From the NCBI GenBank assembly GCA_048938295.1, contig JBHLMI010000007.1, positions 1 through 32,000 on the forward strand: 32,000 bases of DNA, read 5' to 3'. Position numbers and translations under genes: made by a program. A model generated the notes under the pieces. It saw only the letters and a list, made by a program, of their open reading frames with translations. It searched no databases and had not been told where the DNA came from. The stretch's first letter is position 1. Every line of letters begins with the position of its first letter. Below are positions 1 to 8,881 of the stretch, one piece after another. This DNA is from Promethearchaeota archaeon. GTDB taxonomy: Archaea; Asgardarchaeota; Hermodarchaeia; Hermodarchaeales; Hermodarchaeaceae.

Positions 1-521
1 GCTACGGGCTCATCCATAAGGACTACTCCAGGATTGACGGCTAGGGCCCGGGCAAGGCATAGTCGTTGTTGCTGTCCGCCGGAGAGCTTGAGGGCAGGCT
101 CGTCTAGACGGTGACCAACTTCATCCCATAAGGCCGCTTGTTCTAGACTTCGCTGCACAATTTCATCTAAGTTTTTCATGCTGTGGGTCCGTGGACCGTA
201 AGCTACGTTGTCATAAATGGACATGGGAAACGGGTTGGGCTTTTGAAAGACAAACCCAACTTCTTTCCGTAGCTCGAAGACATCAATGCTGCGGCTGAAA
301 ATGTTTCGACCATCGATGAGGATTTCGCCTGTATGGTGGAACTCAGGCACCATGTCACATAGACGGTTCAAAATACGAATGAAGGTGGTTTTTCCACAAC
401 CTGATGGCCCCATTATGGCGGTGACTTTGTTTGACAGAATATCGAGATCCAAATCTTTTAAGACGTGAAAATTTCCGTACCAGGCATTTAACTGGTTGAT
501 TTCTATTTTGACTTCAGACAT
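1..521 (-). CDS. pstB: Phosphate ABC transporter ATP-binding protein, 3' end outside the window
   Basis: Manual translation from ATG at 521-519, directly after the pstA TAA: MSEVKIEINQLNAWYG...GPSGCGKTT (Walker A)...VGFVFQKPNPFPMSIYDNVAYG...LSGGQQQRLCLARALAVNP..VLMDEP. Not in the ORF track because it runs off the edge. Confidence 0.97.
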   Translation of the reverse strand, partial: MSEVKIEINQLNAWYGNFHVLKDLDLDILSNKVTAIMGPSGCGKTTFIRILNRLCDMVPEFHHTGEILIDGRNIFSRSIDVFELRKEVGFVFQKPNPFPMSIYDNVAYGPRTHSMKNLDEIVQRSLEQAALWDEVGHRLDEPALKLSGGQQQRLCLARALAVNPGVVLMDEPV

Positions 522-1490
522 TTAGACTCCACCTGCCCGAACGACAAGTCCGACTTTCTTTGATCCCCAAAGGGCCACCACGTCAACAACGAAGACGATT
601 ATGACTAAGACAATTGCAGCTGAATAGGCTCGTAACCGAATCTCGGTTGTGTGACCTTGCAAGGCATAGAGGTAAATGGTAAATGGCAAGGAAGCGACGG
701 CATCGAGGAGCCCCCAGGGGTTGTCAAAGTTAAATCCTGTTGTGAATAGGAGTGGCGCAGTCTCGCCGATTACCCGCCCAACCGCTAATAACACGCCAGT
801 AATGATTCCGGCAAAGGCCGCCCGGATTACAACTCGCCAAGAGGTACTCCAGGTGGTAGCACCCACTGCTAGGGAGGCTTCCCGCAAGTTTACTGGAACG
901 GCACGTAATGATTCTTGAGTTGTTCGAAGGATTGTTGGAATCATCATTAGCCCTAGGGTCAGGGCTCCGGCTATCAAACTTCTCCCAAAAATCTGGACAA
1001 AAAAGATTAGCCCAAAGGCACCAAAAATAATCGAAGGAACACCGGCTAGAACATCCGCTGTGAATTCAACGATGCGAATGACCCATTTGTTGAACCTTCG
1101 CATCCACATCTTGGTTCTCCCACCAGCTCGTTGTGCATATTCTGTTGTATAGACGGCAGCCCCAACACAGAGTGGAATGGCAACCACACTGGCAAGGACC
1201 ACAAGTTCGAGCGATCCAACGATAGCATTTCGAATACCACCCCCAGCAAAGCCTTCCATGATTTGCAAAATAAACCAACCGGGAGAGAAACGGCCATTGG
1301 GGTCAATAGGGCTAAATAGCAAAATCCAGCCTTGATTTATCACCTCGAAGACAATCGCAAAAAACGGGATCGTGATTATTACGGCGATTACTGCCAAAAG
1401 CCCAAACGCGAAGATGTCAAGGAACTCTCGTCGGCTTTTGAGAAGCCGACGCCTGCCACTAGTTTCCTCTCCAGCATTATTTGTCGCCAT
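522..1490 (-). CDS. pstA: Phosphate ABC transporter permease PstA
   Basis: Multi-TM protein with LAGVPSIIFGAFG, EASLAVGAT and GRVIGETAPLL motifs; second permease of the operon. Confidence 0.95.
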   Translation of the reverse strand: MATNNAGEETSGRRRLLKSRREFLDIFAFGLLAVIAVIITIPFFAIVFEVINQGWILLFSPIDPNGRFSPGWFILQIMEGFAGGGIRNAIVGSLELVVLASVVAIPLCVGAAVYTTEYAQRAGGRTKMWMRRFNKWVIRIVEFTADVLAGVPSIIFGAFGLIFFVQIFGRSLIAGALTLGLMMIPTILRTTQESLRAVPVNLREASLAVGATTWSTSWRVVIRAAFAGIITGVLLAVGRVIGETAPLLFTTGFNFDNPWGLLDAVASLPFTIYLYALQGHTTEIRLRAYSAAIVLVIIVFVVDVVALWGSKKVGLVVRAGGV

Positions 1491-2659
1491 TATTGCAACC
1501 CCTGTTTACGCATTCCCCAGGCAACAATCAATTTTGCACTAAAGGAAAAGAGCACCGAGATGAGAAGAAGCACAACGGCAACAACAAAGAGGGCAGATTC
1601 CATCACTGGATAGCCCCCGACAGCAAGACCGAGTTGATTAGCGATCACTGATGTCATCACATAACATTGATCGAAAATCCAGCGAGGAAAGGTCGTATTG
1701 TTCCCCGTGATAAGGAGAACAGCCATGGTTTCGCCCACAGCACGACCAAGAGATAATAAAACCGCCGCACCAACGCCAGGAAGGGCAGTCATCAGGACAA
1801 CTTTGAGGGAGGTTTCTGTGCGGCTTGCACCAAGAGCATAAGATGCCTCCCGAAGTGTATCTGGAACCATAATCATGGCGTCATAAGACACGGCAACAAC
1901 AGTGGGTAGAAGCATAACTGCAAGAACAATACCGGCAGGAAGCACCCCAAACCCTGAATACCATTCCATGGAAATCCACAAAATTGATCCTGAAGCAATG
2001 TCCAAGACAGGAAGGTACAAGGGACTAATCAAATTCCGGAGAAATGGAATGAGAGTATAGAGTGCCCATAACCCATAAACGATGGAGGGGATGCCTGCCA
2101 TAAGGATTAAGATTAGACGCAACGGTTCCTTGAGCCGGTAAGGTGAATATTCAGCCAAAAAAATCGCACCAGCAAGTCCTAACGGAATCGCGATGAGGAG
2201 GCTCAGACCAGTGACCCATAATGTACCCGCAATGAACACCGTAATCCCATAGGTCGCGGTAACGGTAGGATCCCACACAGGGCCTAGCAGGTTGATTACA
2301 CCGAAGAAGTTCAACACAAAGGCAGGAAGGGCACGCAGCCAAGTTTGCAAGAAAATCGCGACAATGACTAATGATGTGATAACTGCAAACACAAGGAGTA
2401 GTGTACGCCCAACGAGATCACGACCCGAGGCGTCTAATAAGATGAACCCGGTTACTCCTACGATTGTCATAATGACAAGGGGTACAGTGATTTCTGTCAA
2501 GAAGTGTGTAGTTGGTAGGAAGGGACCAAAGACAAATTGTCTCAATATGAGATAGACCAAATAACTAAGGATGATGGAAAAAATAAGAAAGAGAAGACGC
2601 GCAATGGTGTCCCGGGTTGTGGTTCCTAGTAAGATTTGTCGCCAGTTCCGTTGTGGCAT
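1490..2659 (-). CDS. pstC: Phosphate ABC transporter permease PstC with extra N-terminal TM helices
   Basis: MAGIPSIVYGLW, EASYALGASR and LGRAVGETMAV motifs; stop overlaps the pstA start at 1490. Confidence 0.95.
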   Translation of the reverse strand: MPQRNWRQILLGTTTRDTIARLLFLIFSIILSYLVYLILRQFVFGPFLPTTHFLTEITVPLVIMTIVGVTGFILLDASGRDLVGRTLLLVFAVITSLVIVAIFLQTWLRALPAFVLNFFGVINLLGPVWDPTVTATYGITVFIAGTLWVTGLSLLIAIPLGLAGAIFLAEYSPYRLKEPLRLILILMAGIPSIVYGLWALYTLIPFLRNLISPLYLPVLDIASGSILWISMEWYSGFGVLPAGIVLAVMLLPTVVAVSYDAMIMVPDTLREASYALGASRTETSLKVVLMTALPGVGAAVLLSLGRAVGETMAVLLITGNNTTFPRWIFDQCYVMTSVIANQLGLAVGGYPVMESALFVVAVVLLLISVLFSFSAKLIVAWGMRKQGLQ

Positions 2660-2702
2660 ATTTTGCGCCTCTACTTTTCAAGCAGATATATTTGAGAAGT
2701 TT

Positions 2703-3860
2703 TTAAGCTAACCCCAGAATGAACTGAATGGTCGGTGGGTTCACTGGTTGAACGAAGGGTGATAGACTCGCAACAAGGTTTTGGGAGTAAGTTTCGGCAC
2801 CAGAACCAGTAATCTCTAAGTAACCAACTTCTGTCCGGATGATTGTTGGATCCTGTCCACCAGTTGCGGAGAGCGCCCAGTTTAGGAAGTTGATTGTGTC
2901 TTGTCGAATTCCATACGGGTCAACAACACCATATTGGGTTCGGAGGAAAGAGGTGGCGGGTGGCTCTTTGTTCACTAGGTAATAGATTAGACGAACGATT
3001 GGGTAGGCACCGGGGGCGGTGCTGTCCATGATGCTGAATGGAGGAGAAGGTGAAGCAGGAATTGCTGTCTTTGCGGTTTCAGCTGAGGGGTCAACCCATT
3101 CGTTGTTACCTTCGTTCCAAATGGTTGCAGCAGCAAGTCCTTCGGTGAAAGTTAGCCCAACGTATCCGATTCCGTTGCTATCACCGGCGACACCGTTTGC
3201 AACGGCGGGGTTACCTTCTGCGCCGTGGAACCTTGGTCCACTGGACCAGTTGATGAGTTCTTCAGCGCCGAGTGTCCAGTTGTAGGTGGCATATTCACCT
3301 TCTTCGAGCCAGCCGGTGAAGGTGGCGGTTGTTCCACTGGCTTCAGAGCGGTGATAGACCTGAATCGAACCAGTTGCATCGACTGAGATACTGAATTCGG
3401 TTTCCAGGTCCTCCCAGGTGGTAATGTTGCCCTGGAAGATGGGGACGAGCCATTCACGCATGAATGCAACCCCGGATGCGTTCACCGCGGTGTTGCATAC
3501 GACGGCGAGAGCATCAGCGGCAACGGGGATTGTGGCGATCTGATCATCAGATGCAGCGCCATATGCGGTGGGGTCCTTGTAGGAACTTGCAGCACCAAAG
3601 TCGACTGATCCTTGGACGGCTGAGCTTCGTCCATATCCTGACCCGCCGGCCGACACTTCAAGCTTCACTACACCAGCAGTGTAGGTGGAGTAGTGACCTG
3701 CCCAGGCCACGGACAAGGGATAGACGGTGGTTGAACCTGCAGTCTTCAGACTGACGGCAGGAGGTACAATAGCCTGGGGTCGAACGAACCAGCCGACAGG
3801 CACGCCAATCAGTAGACCGATGATTAAACCGACTACTATGCTTGTACCACTTAATTTCAT
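2703..3860 (-). CDS. pstS: Phosphate ABC transporter substrate-binding protein with N-terminal membrane anchor
   Basis: AGSTTVYP, GGSGYG, RSEASGTTATF and GAYPI motifs typical of PstS; first gene of the operon. Confidence 0.93.
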   Translation of the reverse strand: MKLSGTSIVVGLIIGLLIGVPVGWFVRPQAIVPPAVSLKTAGSTTVYPLSVAWAGHYSTYTAGVVKLEVSAGGSGYGRSSAVQGSVDFGAASSYKDPTAYGAASDDQIATIPVAADALAVVCNTAVNASGVAFMREWLVPIFQGNITTWEDLETEFSISVDATGSIQVYHRSEASGTTATFTGWLEEGEYATYNWTLGAEELINWSSGPRFHGAEGNPAVANGVAGDSNGIGYVGLTFTEGLAAATIWNEGNNEWVDPSAETAKTAIPASPSPPFSIMDSTAPGAYPIVRLIYYLVNKEPPATSFLRTQYGVVDPYGIRQDTINFLNWALSATGGQDPTIIRTEVGYLEITGSGAETYSQNLVASLSPFVQPVNPPTIQFILGLA

Positions 3861-3992
3861 GTTTTAGATTACACCATTAGATCTGGGTTGCGTGCCAATC
3901 AACCTGACACCACATATATAATTTGTCGCAGTAATCTATATAAAGAGCGAAGATTCTATACCTGTTGAACCAAGTTTTAGAAGTGGTGCTTC
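3861..3992. promoter_or_regulatory. Divergent promoter region between pstS and the PhoU-family regulator
   Basis: 132-bp gap between divergent genes with TATA-like tracts CATATATAA (~3912-3920) and CTATATAAA (~3936-3944). Confidence 0.55.
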
Positions 3993-5024
3993 ATGTCGAC
4001 GGAAACACGGAAAGTTCAGGTTACGGGTGGGAAAAAAGGAGAAGAGGGTACCTTTATTGTTTCCCTTCCCAAGAGTTGGGCTAAGAATGCAGGGTTGAAA
4101 CCGAAAAGCGAGGTACAGCTAGTCCCTTTAGACCGGTACTCTTTACTTGTTTACACCGCTGTATCTTCTGAGGGAGCCACGCTCATTGAAAGCCGTGTTG
4201 ATATACCAAAAGGCATGCAAACAGAAGATATTGTCCGGAATTTTATCACCCAATATTTGGCAGGATTTGATATCATTCACCTTGATTTGCAGCATGTAAT
4301 TGCTGACCAGCGCGTTATAGTGAAAGATGCCATTCGTCGGTTACTGATTGGAGCTGAAATCGTATCTGAGACCACAGAAAAAGTTGCAGTGCAATGCTTT
4401 TTAGGACAGGCAAATTTGCCGCTTCTAAACGCCTTGGAGCGTATGGAGGCTCTTGTTCATTCGATGCAGAATGATGGAGTAATTGCCTTGTTAGAAGGGG
4501 ATGAACGTTTAGCCGAAGAGGTGGTACAGCGAGATCCTGAAGTAGATCGCTTCTACTTCTATATCGTACGTCAATTAACCGCGGCTGTTGGGCGCACTGA
4601 TCATATACGAAAGATTGGCTTGGCAAGTCCTCAGGCTTGTTTAGGGTATCGGATGGTCGCAAAGAGCATTGAGCGCGCTGGAGACCATGCGACCCGTATT
4701 GCTTCAATAGCTACCACTACTCAGATACCAGAAAAAGCCGACTTGGCCAAGACGTTTACGAAGATGCACCAACTATCAGATACGGTGTTTCAAGATGCCC
4801 TGAAAGCCCTTCGCGCATTGGATGTGCCCTTAGCCCATAAAACAATTCGTCGCGTCGATGAGATAAAAAAACTTGAGGACACGGGGATTCGCCAGTTGCT
4901 AAGTGGAAAACACCCTGTGGAATCGGTGTTAAACCTTCGCCTGGGGCTAGAGAGCCTCAGACGGATTGCAGAGTATGGATCCGATATTTCTGAAACGGCG
5001 ATTAACTTGTCTGTTGAACGCTGA
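3993..5024 (+). CDS. phoU: Archaeal phosphate uptake regulator, AbrB/SpoVT-like N-terminus plus two PhoU domains
   Basis: RKVQVTGG...FIVSLPKSWA AbrB-type start; DPEVDRFYFYIVRQL, SIERAGDHA and SLRRIAEYGSDISE PhoU repeats; divergent from pstS. Confidence 0.9.
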   Translation: MSTETRKVQVTGGKKGEEGTFIVSLPKSWAKNAGLKPKSEVQLVPLDRYSLLVYTAVSSEGATLIESRVDIPKGMQTEDIVRNFITQYLAGFDIIHLDLQHVIADQRVIVKDAIRRLLIGAEIVSETTEKVAVQCFLGQANLPLLNALERMEALVHSMQNDGVIALLEGDERLAEEVVQRDPEVDRFYFYIVRQLTAAVGRTDHIRKIGLASPQACLGYRMVAKSIERAGDHATRIASIATTTQIPEKADLAKTFTKMHQLSDTVFQDALKALRALDVPLAHKTIRRVDEIKKLEDTGIRQLLSGKHPVESVLNLRLGLESLRRIAEYGSDISETAINLSVER

Positions 5025-5038
5025 TTCCTGACTAGAGA

Positions 5039-5596
5039 TCACAATTGAAATTGGGCACCACAATAAGCACAAAAACGGGCATCTGCATCGTTTTCGGTTT
5101 GACACCGTGGACAAATGAGGGCGGACTCCTCATCGGGTTCTTCAAAGAGGTCTTCGAGGGGTAAGGCTTCTGCCATGTGGATTTCGTTTACTGCCTTGGC
5201 AGAGGTGTAAATGGGGCTCCATAGGATACGTTTGTTGTCATTAATTCCATGGATTGGACACTCAAGTAAGACCCCGGTGAAATGCCCCTTTATTCCGGAC
5301 CTTTTGGGTTGTGCGGGTTCGCCACAGGTGTTGCATCGAAACAATCTGTTCGCCACGGGTCCAATCCATTCGCTTAGTCGGCTGTAAGGTAAAAAGATAC
5401 GACGAACACGGCGATGAACTGGACAGCGGACATAGGCGGCGATGGGTTGAAGTTCCTTGTCCTTTGAAACCTGAACTTCGTCGACTTTGAGGAGAATGTA
5501 GGGTCGCCCACAGGTACATGTAAGAACCCCTTCCCATGCGACGTTGGGTTCAGATTCCATGTCAGTTATGATAAGTGCCTCCTTGCTTGTTTTCAA
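5039..5596 (-). CDS. Uncharacterised multi-zinc-binding protein with C-terminal zinc ribbon
   Basis: CTCG...CPVH, CNTCG...CPIHG, then CPRCQTENDADARFCAYCG. Confidence 0.7.
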   Translation of the reverse strand: MKTSKEALIITDMESEPNVAWEGVLTCTCGRPYILLKVDEVQVSKDKELQPIAAYVRCPVHRRVRRIFLPYSRLSEWIGPVANRLFRCNTCGEPAQPKRSGIKGHFTGVLLECPIHGINDNKRILWSPIYTSAKAVNEIHMAEALPLEDLFEEPDEESALICPRCQTENDADARFCAYCGAQFQL

Positions 5597-5621
5597 ATCT
5601 GAATACTTAAGGTTTGGCGAC

Positions 5622-6416
5622 TCAGCAATCAGGCTTTAGGAAAATGAGAATGTATTCATGGACCTTATTAACCCGAAAAGTGGTGGGATAGCCGAGGGGT
5701 CTTAGGTTATGGTACTCTTTGCGACGGTCCCACACTATGATGTCTTCAAGTTGAAATCCGGTGTTGGTCCATTGCTGAATGCAGTCGATATGAAAGGGGT
5801 AAAATCGGTCCTTCTTTCGGAGATCCATGACAATGAGAATACACCAGCGTCCCGGTTTGAGAACTGAAAAAAGCTGCTCAGCGACAATTTGTAGCGCCTG
5901 TAAAAATTCAGTGTAGGACTGAATATTGCCAAGATCTTTATTCGATATCGTGTAGGGTCGAGGCGTTTTTCCATCGGCTGTACGCCGTTGGTGATGGATA
6001 TTCCAGTAGGGTGGTGAGGAGACAATAAGATCTACTGAGTTTGGTGGAATATGACGCGCTAGGTTTCTGGCATCTTCACAAAAGATCTGAATATTCGATT
6101 GGTTGCCTGCCAGCCGCTGTTCAGCTATGTTGATATAGTGTGGAGAAACGTCAAACCCTATGCTTGGGCAACCACACTCCTGTGCGGCGAGAAGTGTTGT
6201 TCCAATTCCCATAAACGGATCTAAGATTGTGTATCCTGGTTGGGCATAGATTTGAATCAGGCGGTCGGCAAGTTTCTGAGGAAACAGGGCTGGATGACTT
6301 AGACGCGCTTCGTCAGAGGATTTTTCGATGTCCCAGATGCTAATGGAGTATCGCGTCCATGTTTTTCCATCCAAAGTGTTAAGCCGATTCTTTTCTCTAT
6401 TTCTTGGAATTGCCAT
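5622..6416 (-). CDS. Solitary N4-cytosine/N6-adenine DNA methyltransferase
   Basis: HPALFP, motif I LDPFMGIGTT and catalytic SPPY; ends HEYILIFLK. No restriction endonuclease adjacent. Confidence 0.88.
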   Translation of the reverse strand: MAIPRNREKNRLNTLDGKTWTRYSISIWDIEKSSDEARLSHPALFPQKLADRLIQIYAQPGYTILDPFMGIGTTLLAAQECGCPSIGFDVSPHYINIAEQRLAGNQSNIQIFCEDARNLARHIPPNSVDLIVSSPPYWNIHHQRRTADGKTPRPYTISNKDLGNIQSYTEFLQALQIVAEQLFSVLKPGRWCILIVMDLRKKDRFYPFHIDCIQQWTNTGFQLEDIIVWDRRKEYHNLRPLGYPTTFRVNKVHEYILIFLKPDC

Positions 6417-6514
6417 TGGAGGTCAACCCACACCCATGGTGTTGCACTCTGAAGGCTAATAAATTGGGTCTTCCTTGGCTAGAAAATCAGCTAGATCGAA
6501 AAGCTTGTTTCCTT

Positions 6515-7054
6515 CTATGCTGAAGTGAGGACTTTACTCAACACGAGGCGAGAAAGACTCATGAAAGCTTCATTAACATTTATCCCACTCAGAGCAGAGG
6601 TTTCGAAGAAATAGGCTTGCATGCGCCGGGCAAGACGATCACCTGAGTTTTTGCTGACTACTCGTTGATCTGCCAAGTCTGCCTTTGTTCCCCATAATGC
6701 TGGTACATAATCTTCTAAGACCTCATTGACTTCAGGGATCCAACGTTTCTCGATATGGCGGTAGGATTCGGGTCGAGTGATGTCATATACAAAAATGACG
6801 CCATTGGCGCCTTGGTAGTACCGTTTTCGAAGGGCGCTAAAGCGTTCTTGACCGGACGTGTCCCACAGGGCCAGGCTGATGTTGAATCCATCAACGACAA
6901 GGTCTTTGTTGGTCACATCCATGGCGATTGTTGTAAGGTAGTTATTGGTGAACGTGTCAGTGGCATATCGCCGAACTAAGGAGGTTTTGCCGACGGCCCA
7001 GTCACCACATATGATGATTTTAAAAATGTACTTGTGGGAACTACTCGATGACAA
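6515..7054 (-). CDS. Rab/Ras-like small GTPase, TTG start
   Basis: G1 GDWAVGKT, G2 Thr, G3 WDTSGQERF, YYQGANGVIFVYD, G4 TKAD, G5 ETSAL; no C-terminal Cys. Confidence 0.92.
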   Translation of the reverse strand: MSSSSSHKYIFKIIICGDWAVGKTSLVRRYATDTFTNNYLTTIAMDVTNKDLVVDGFNISLALWDTSGQERFSALRKRYYQGANGVIFVYDITRPESYRHIEKRWIPEVNEVLEDYVPALWGTKADLADQRVVSKNSGDRLARRMQAYFFETSALSGINVNEAFMSLSRLVLSKVLTSA

Positions 7055-7138
7055 GGTATTACCCCGCCTAGTTGTTAGTTTCCGAATATCAGTTTTAAAA
7101 TTGTCGTCAAATTTCTAGTAGCCCTTGGAGGCTTGAAT

Positions 7139-7795
7139 TTAAAGAGTAGAGGACAGTTCGAGCGCATACGGACATAAAATATTGACTGGACATTTAGGGC
7201 ATTGCGGTTTCCGGGCAGTACAGCAAGTTCGTCCATGGGCGATGAAAAGGCGGTTCACCCTGTTCCAGTATTCATGGGGTAACAGATCCATGAGGTCTTT
7301 TTCCACATGGTTGGGATATTTCCCCTTACTCAAACCCAATCGACGAGAAAGCCGAAAAACATGGGTGTCGACTGCGATGCCTTCTACGACACCAAAGGCG
7401 CGGTTGAGAATAATATTCGCAGTTTTGCGACCCACACCTGGGAGGCGAAGAAGCGCATCCATTGTGGATGGAACTTCTCCCTCAAATTCGTTTAGGAGCA
7501 TACGACAGGCTGCTTGTATGTGCTTCGTCTTTTGACGATAGTACCCGACTTTGAAGATATCTTGTTCAAGTTCGAGTGGATCGGCGTTAGCAAAGTCTGC
7601 AGGAGTGCGATATTTCTTGAATAATTCGACTGTTACTTGATTGACCTGTACGTCAGTTGATTGAGCAGAGAGAATGGTAGCAATAAGGTATTGAAAAGGA
7701 GCGCGCGCCTGAAGGGTTAAGGGTTCTAGCGGGTAATGGGCTTCAAGAAGTTTAATGATTTGTAAAACCCGCGCTCTTTCGTTACTTTTTGCCAC
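7139..7795 (-). CDS. nth: Endonuclease III
   Basis: ILSAQSTD, HhH LPGVGRKTA, VDTHVFR and 4Fe-4S loop CTARKPQCPKCPVNILC. Confidence 0.97.
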   Translation of the reverse strand: MAKSNERARVLQIIKLLEAHYPLEPLTLQARAPFQYLIATILSAQSTDVQVNQVTVELFKKYRTPADFANADPLELEQDIFKVGYYRQKTKHIQAACRMLLNEFEGEVPSTMDALLRLPGVGRKTANIILNRAFGVVEGIAVDTHVFRLSRRLGLSKGKYPNHVEKDLMDLLPHEYWNRVNRLFIAHGRTCCTARKPQCPKCPVNILCPYALELSSTL

Positions 7796-7921
7796 AACGA
7801 ATCCCTTCTGTGAAATTCACTGTGTTTCCTAAATTGAACTTTCCCCTCTTGCCACTATTGTGCTCTTATTTGTAGGGTGAGGACACGGAACAGTGAAATA
7901 TTACGCTGTTCTTCATTCAGC

Positions 7922-8313
7922 TGTGGTCCAGAGATGAAGAACGGCTGCCGGACGATTCTCGTCTGAGGAAGCTCCATCCTCCCATAGGCAGCGGTACGGC
8001 GAAAGCCGTAAGGCGAAAGCCTTGCTCTGGGAACAGAAACGACACGCCCAGCGCTGACATGACGATGATGCAGTTGAGGACTAAAGGTAACTTTGGTCCA
8101 AGCGGCGTGCTGGCAACAGGACGGCTGTTAACCTGTTGAGTACAGCGTTGGAACCGATGAAACGGCCCAACTCCGCGGGAGCAAGCCCAAATAGACCATC
8201 AATGAGGAGCCTACTGAGGTGGCGGGTAGGGTGCTAAGATAGATGCCGTTATTCCGTTCAAGGTAACTTGAATGGAGAAACAGAAGATGGGCTACTCTCA
8301 TTACTGGACCACA
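7922..8313 (+). ncRNA. rnpB: RNase P RNA, archaeal type A-like
   Basis: P1 TGTGGTCCAG/CTGGACCACA; CR-I GAGGAAGCTCCATC pairing with CR-V ACAGAAGATGGGCTAC (P4 CCATC/GATGG); P2 AACGGC/GCCGTT; P3 GACGA-TTC-TCGTC; two GAAA-capped hairpins (P8/P9); ACAGAAAC and GATGAAAC conserved regions; CAAG...AAATAG; AGATAGATG; P19 TTCAAG-GTAA-CTTGAA. Confidence 0.95.
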
Positions 8314-8340
8314 CCTTTTCCCTAAAAAGAGTAGAGAACC

Positions 8341-8880
8341 GTGAAGATTCCCCAAATCTTGGTGCTGCGTATCCCCGGTTGCGACCCGAAGAAATGTAGC
8401 GCTTTGAAACTTTCACGACATAACCTAGTTCGGTTATTTCAAAGTCCGCGACAAATTCGTGGACATCCGATAATCCTGAACCCCTTTGCAGCTAAAGCAT
8501 TTTCACCTGCGGATCTTACCCTTGCCCAGAATATGGGGATCCTGGTGTTAGATTGTTCATGGAATGAAGCTGCTGAGCAGTTTCAACGCCGGCTTCGTGG
8601 CGAACAACGAGGATTGCCTTACTTGGTCGCGGCAAATCCGGTAAATTATGGGCAAGTTGGAAAGCTTTGCTCAGCTGAAGCGGTTGCAAGTGCATTGTTT
8701 ATACTGGGTTTTGAAGATGAGGCAAAGAATATCCTTAGCCTTTTCAAGTGGGGCTTACATTTTCTAGAGTTGAATAAGGAGCCTTTGAAGGATTATCAGA
8801 TGGCCACAAATAGCCGTGAGGTTGTGCAAAAACAACTTCAGTATATGCCGTTAAGTGACGATAGAAGAGAAAAGCTGTGA
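8341..8880 (+). CDS. tsr3: rRNA aminocarboxypropyltransferase Tsr3 (DUF367)
   Basis: CDPKKCSALKL, VLDCSWN, RGLPYLVAANPVNYG, LCSAEAVASAL and FKWG..FLELN. Confidence 0.95.
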   Translation: MKIPQILVLRIPGCDPKKCSALKLSRHNLVRLFQSPRQIRGHPIILNPFAAKAFSPADLTLAQNMGILVLDCSWNEAAEQFQRRLRGEQRGLPYLVAANPVNYGQVGKLCSAEAVASALFILGFEDEAKNILSLFKWGLHFLELNKEPLKDYQMATNSREVVQKQLQYMPLSDDRREKL

Positions 8881-8881
8881 A

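Noticed and set aside
286-468. 60-aa plus-strand ORF
   Set aside because: Antisense shadow of pstB.
1300-3860. Possible third skew inversion near the pstC/pstS boundary
   Set aside because: pstS is C/A3-rich on its coding strand, but the left arm is confounded by membrane-protein composition and no sharp switch was seen; needs computed synonymous skew.
7814-7899. Imperfect inverted repeat (TTCACTGT.../...ACAGTGAA) between nth and rnpB
   Set aside because: Short core, about 50-60 nt apart, no terminal-repeat or target-duplication signature; insufficient for a MITE or structured RNA call.
8128-8355. 75-aa minus-strand ORF
   Set aside because: Antisense to the RNase P RNA; no protein features.
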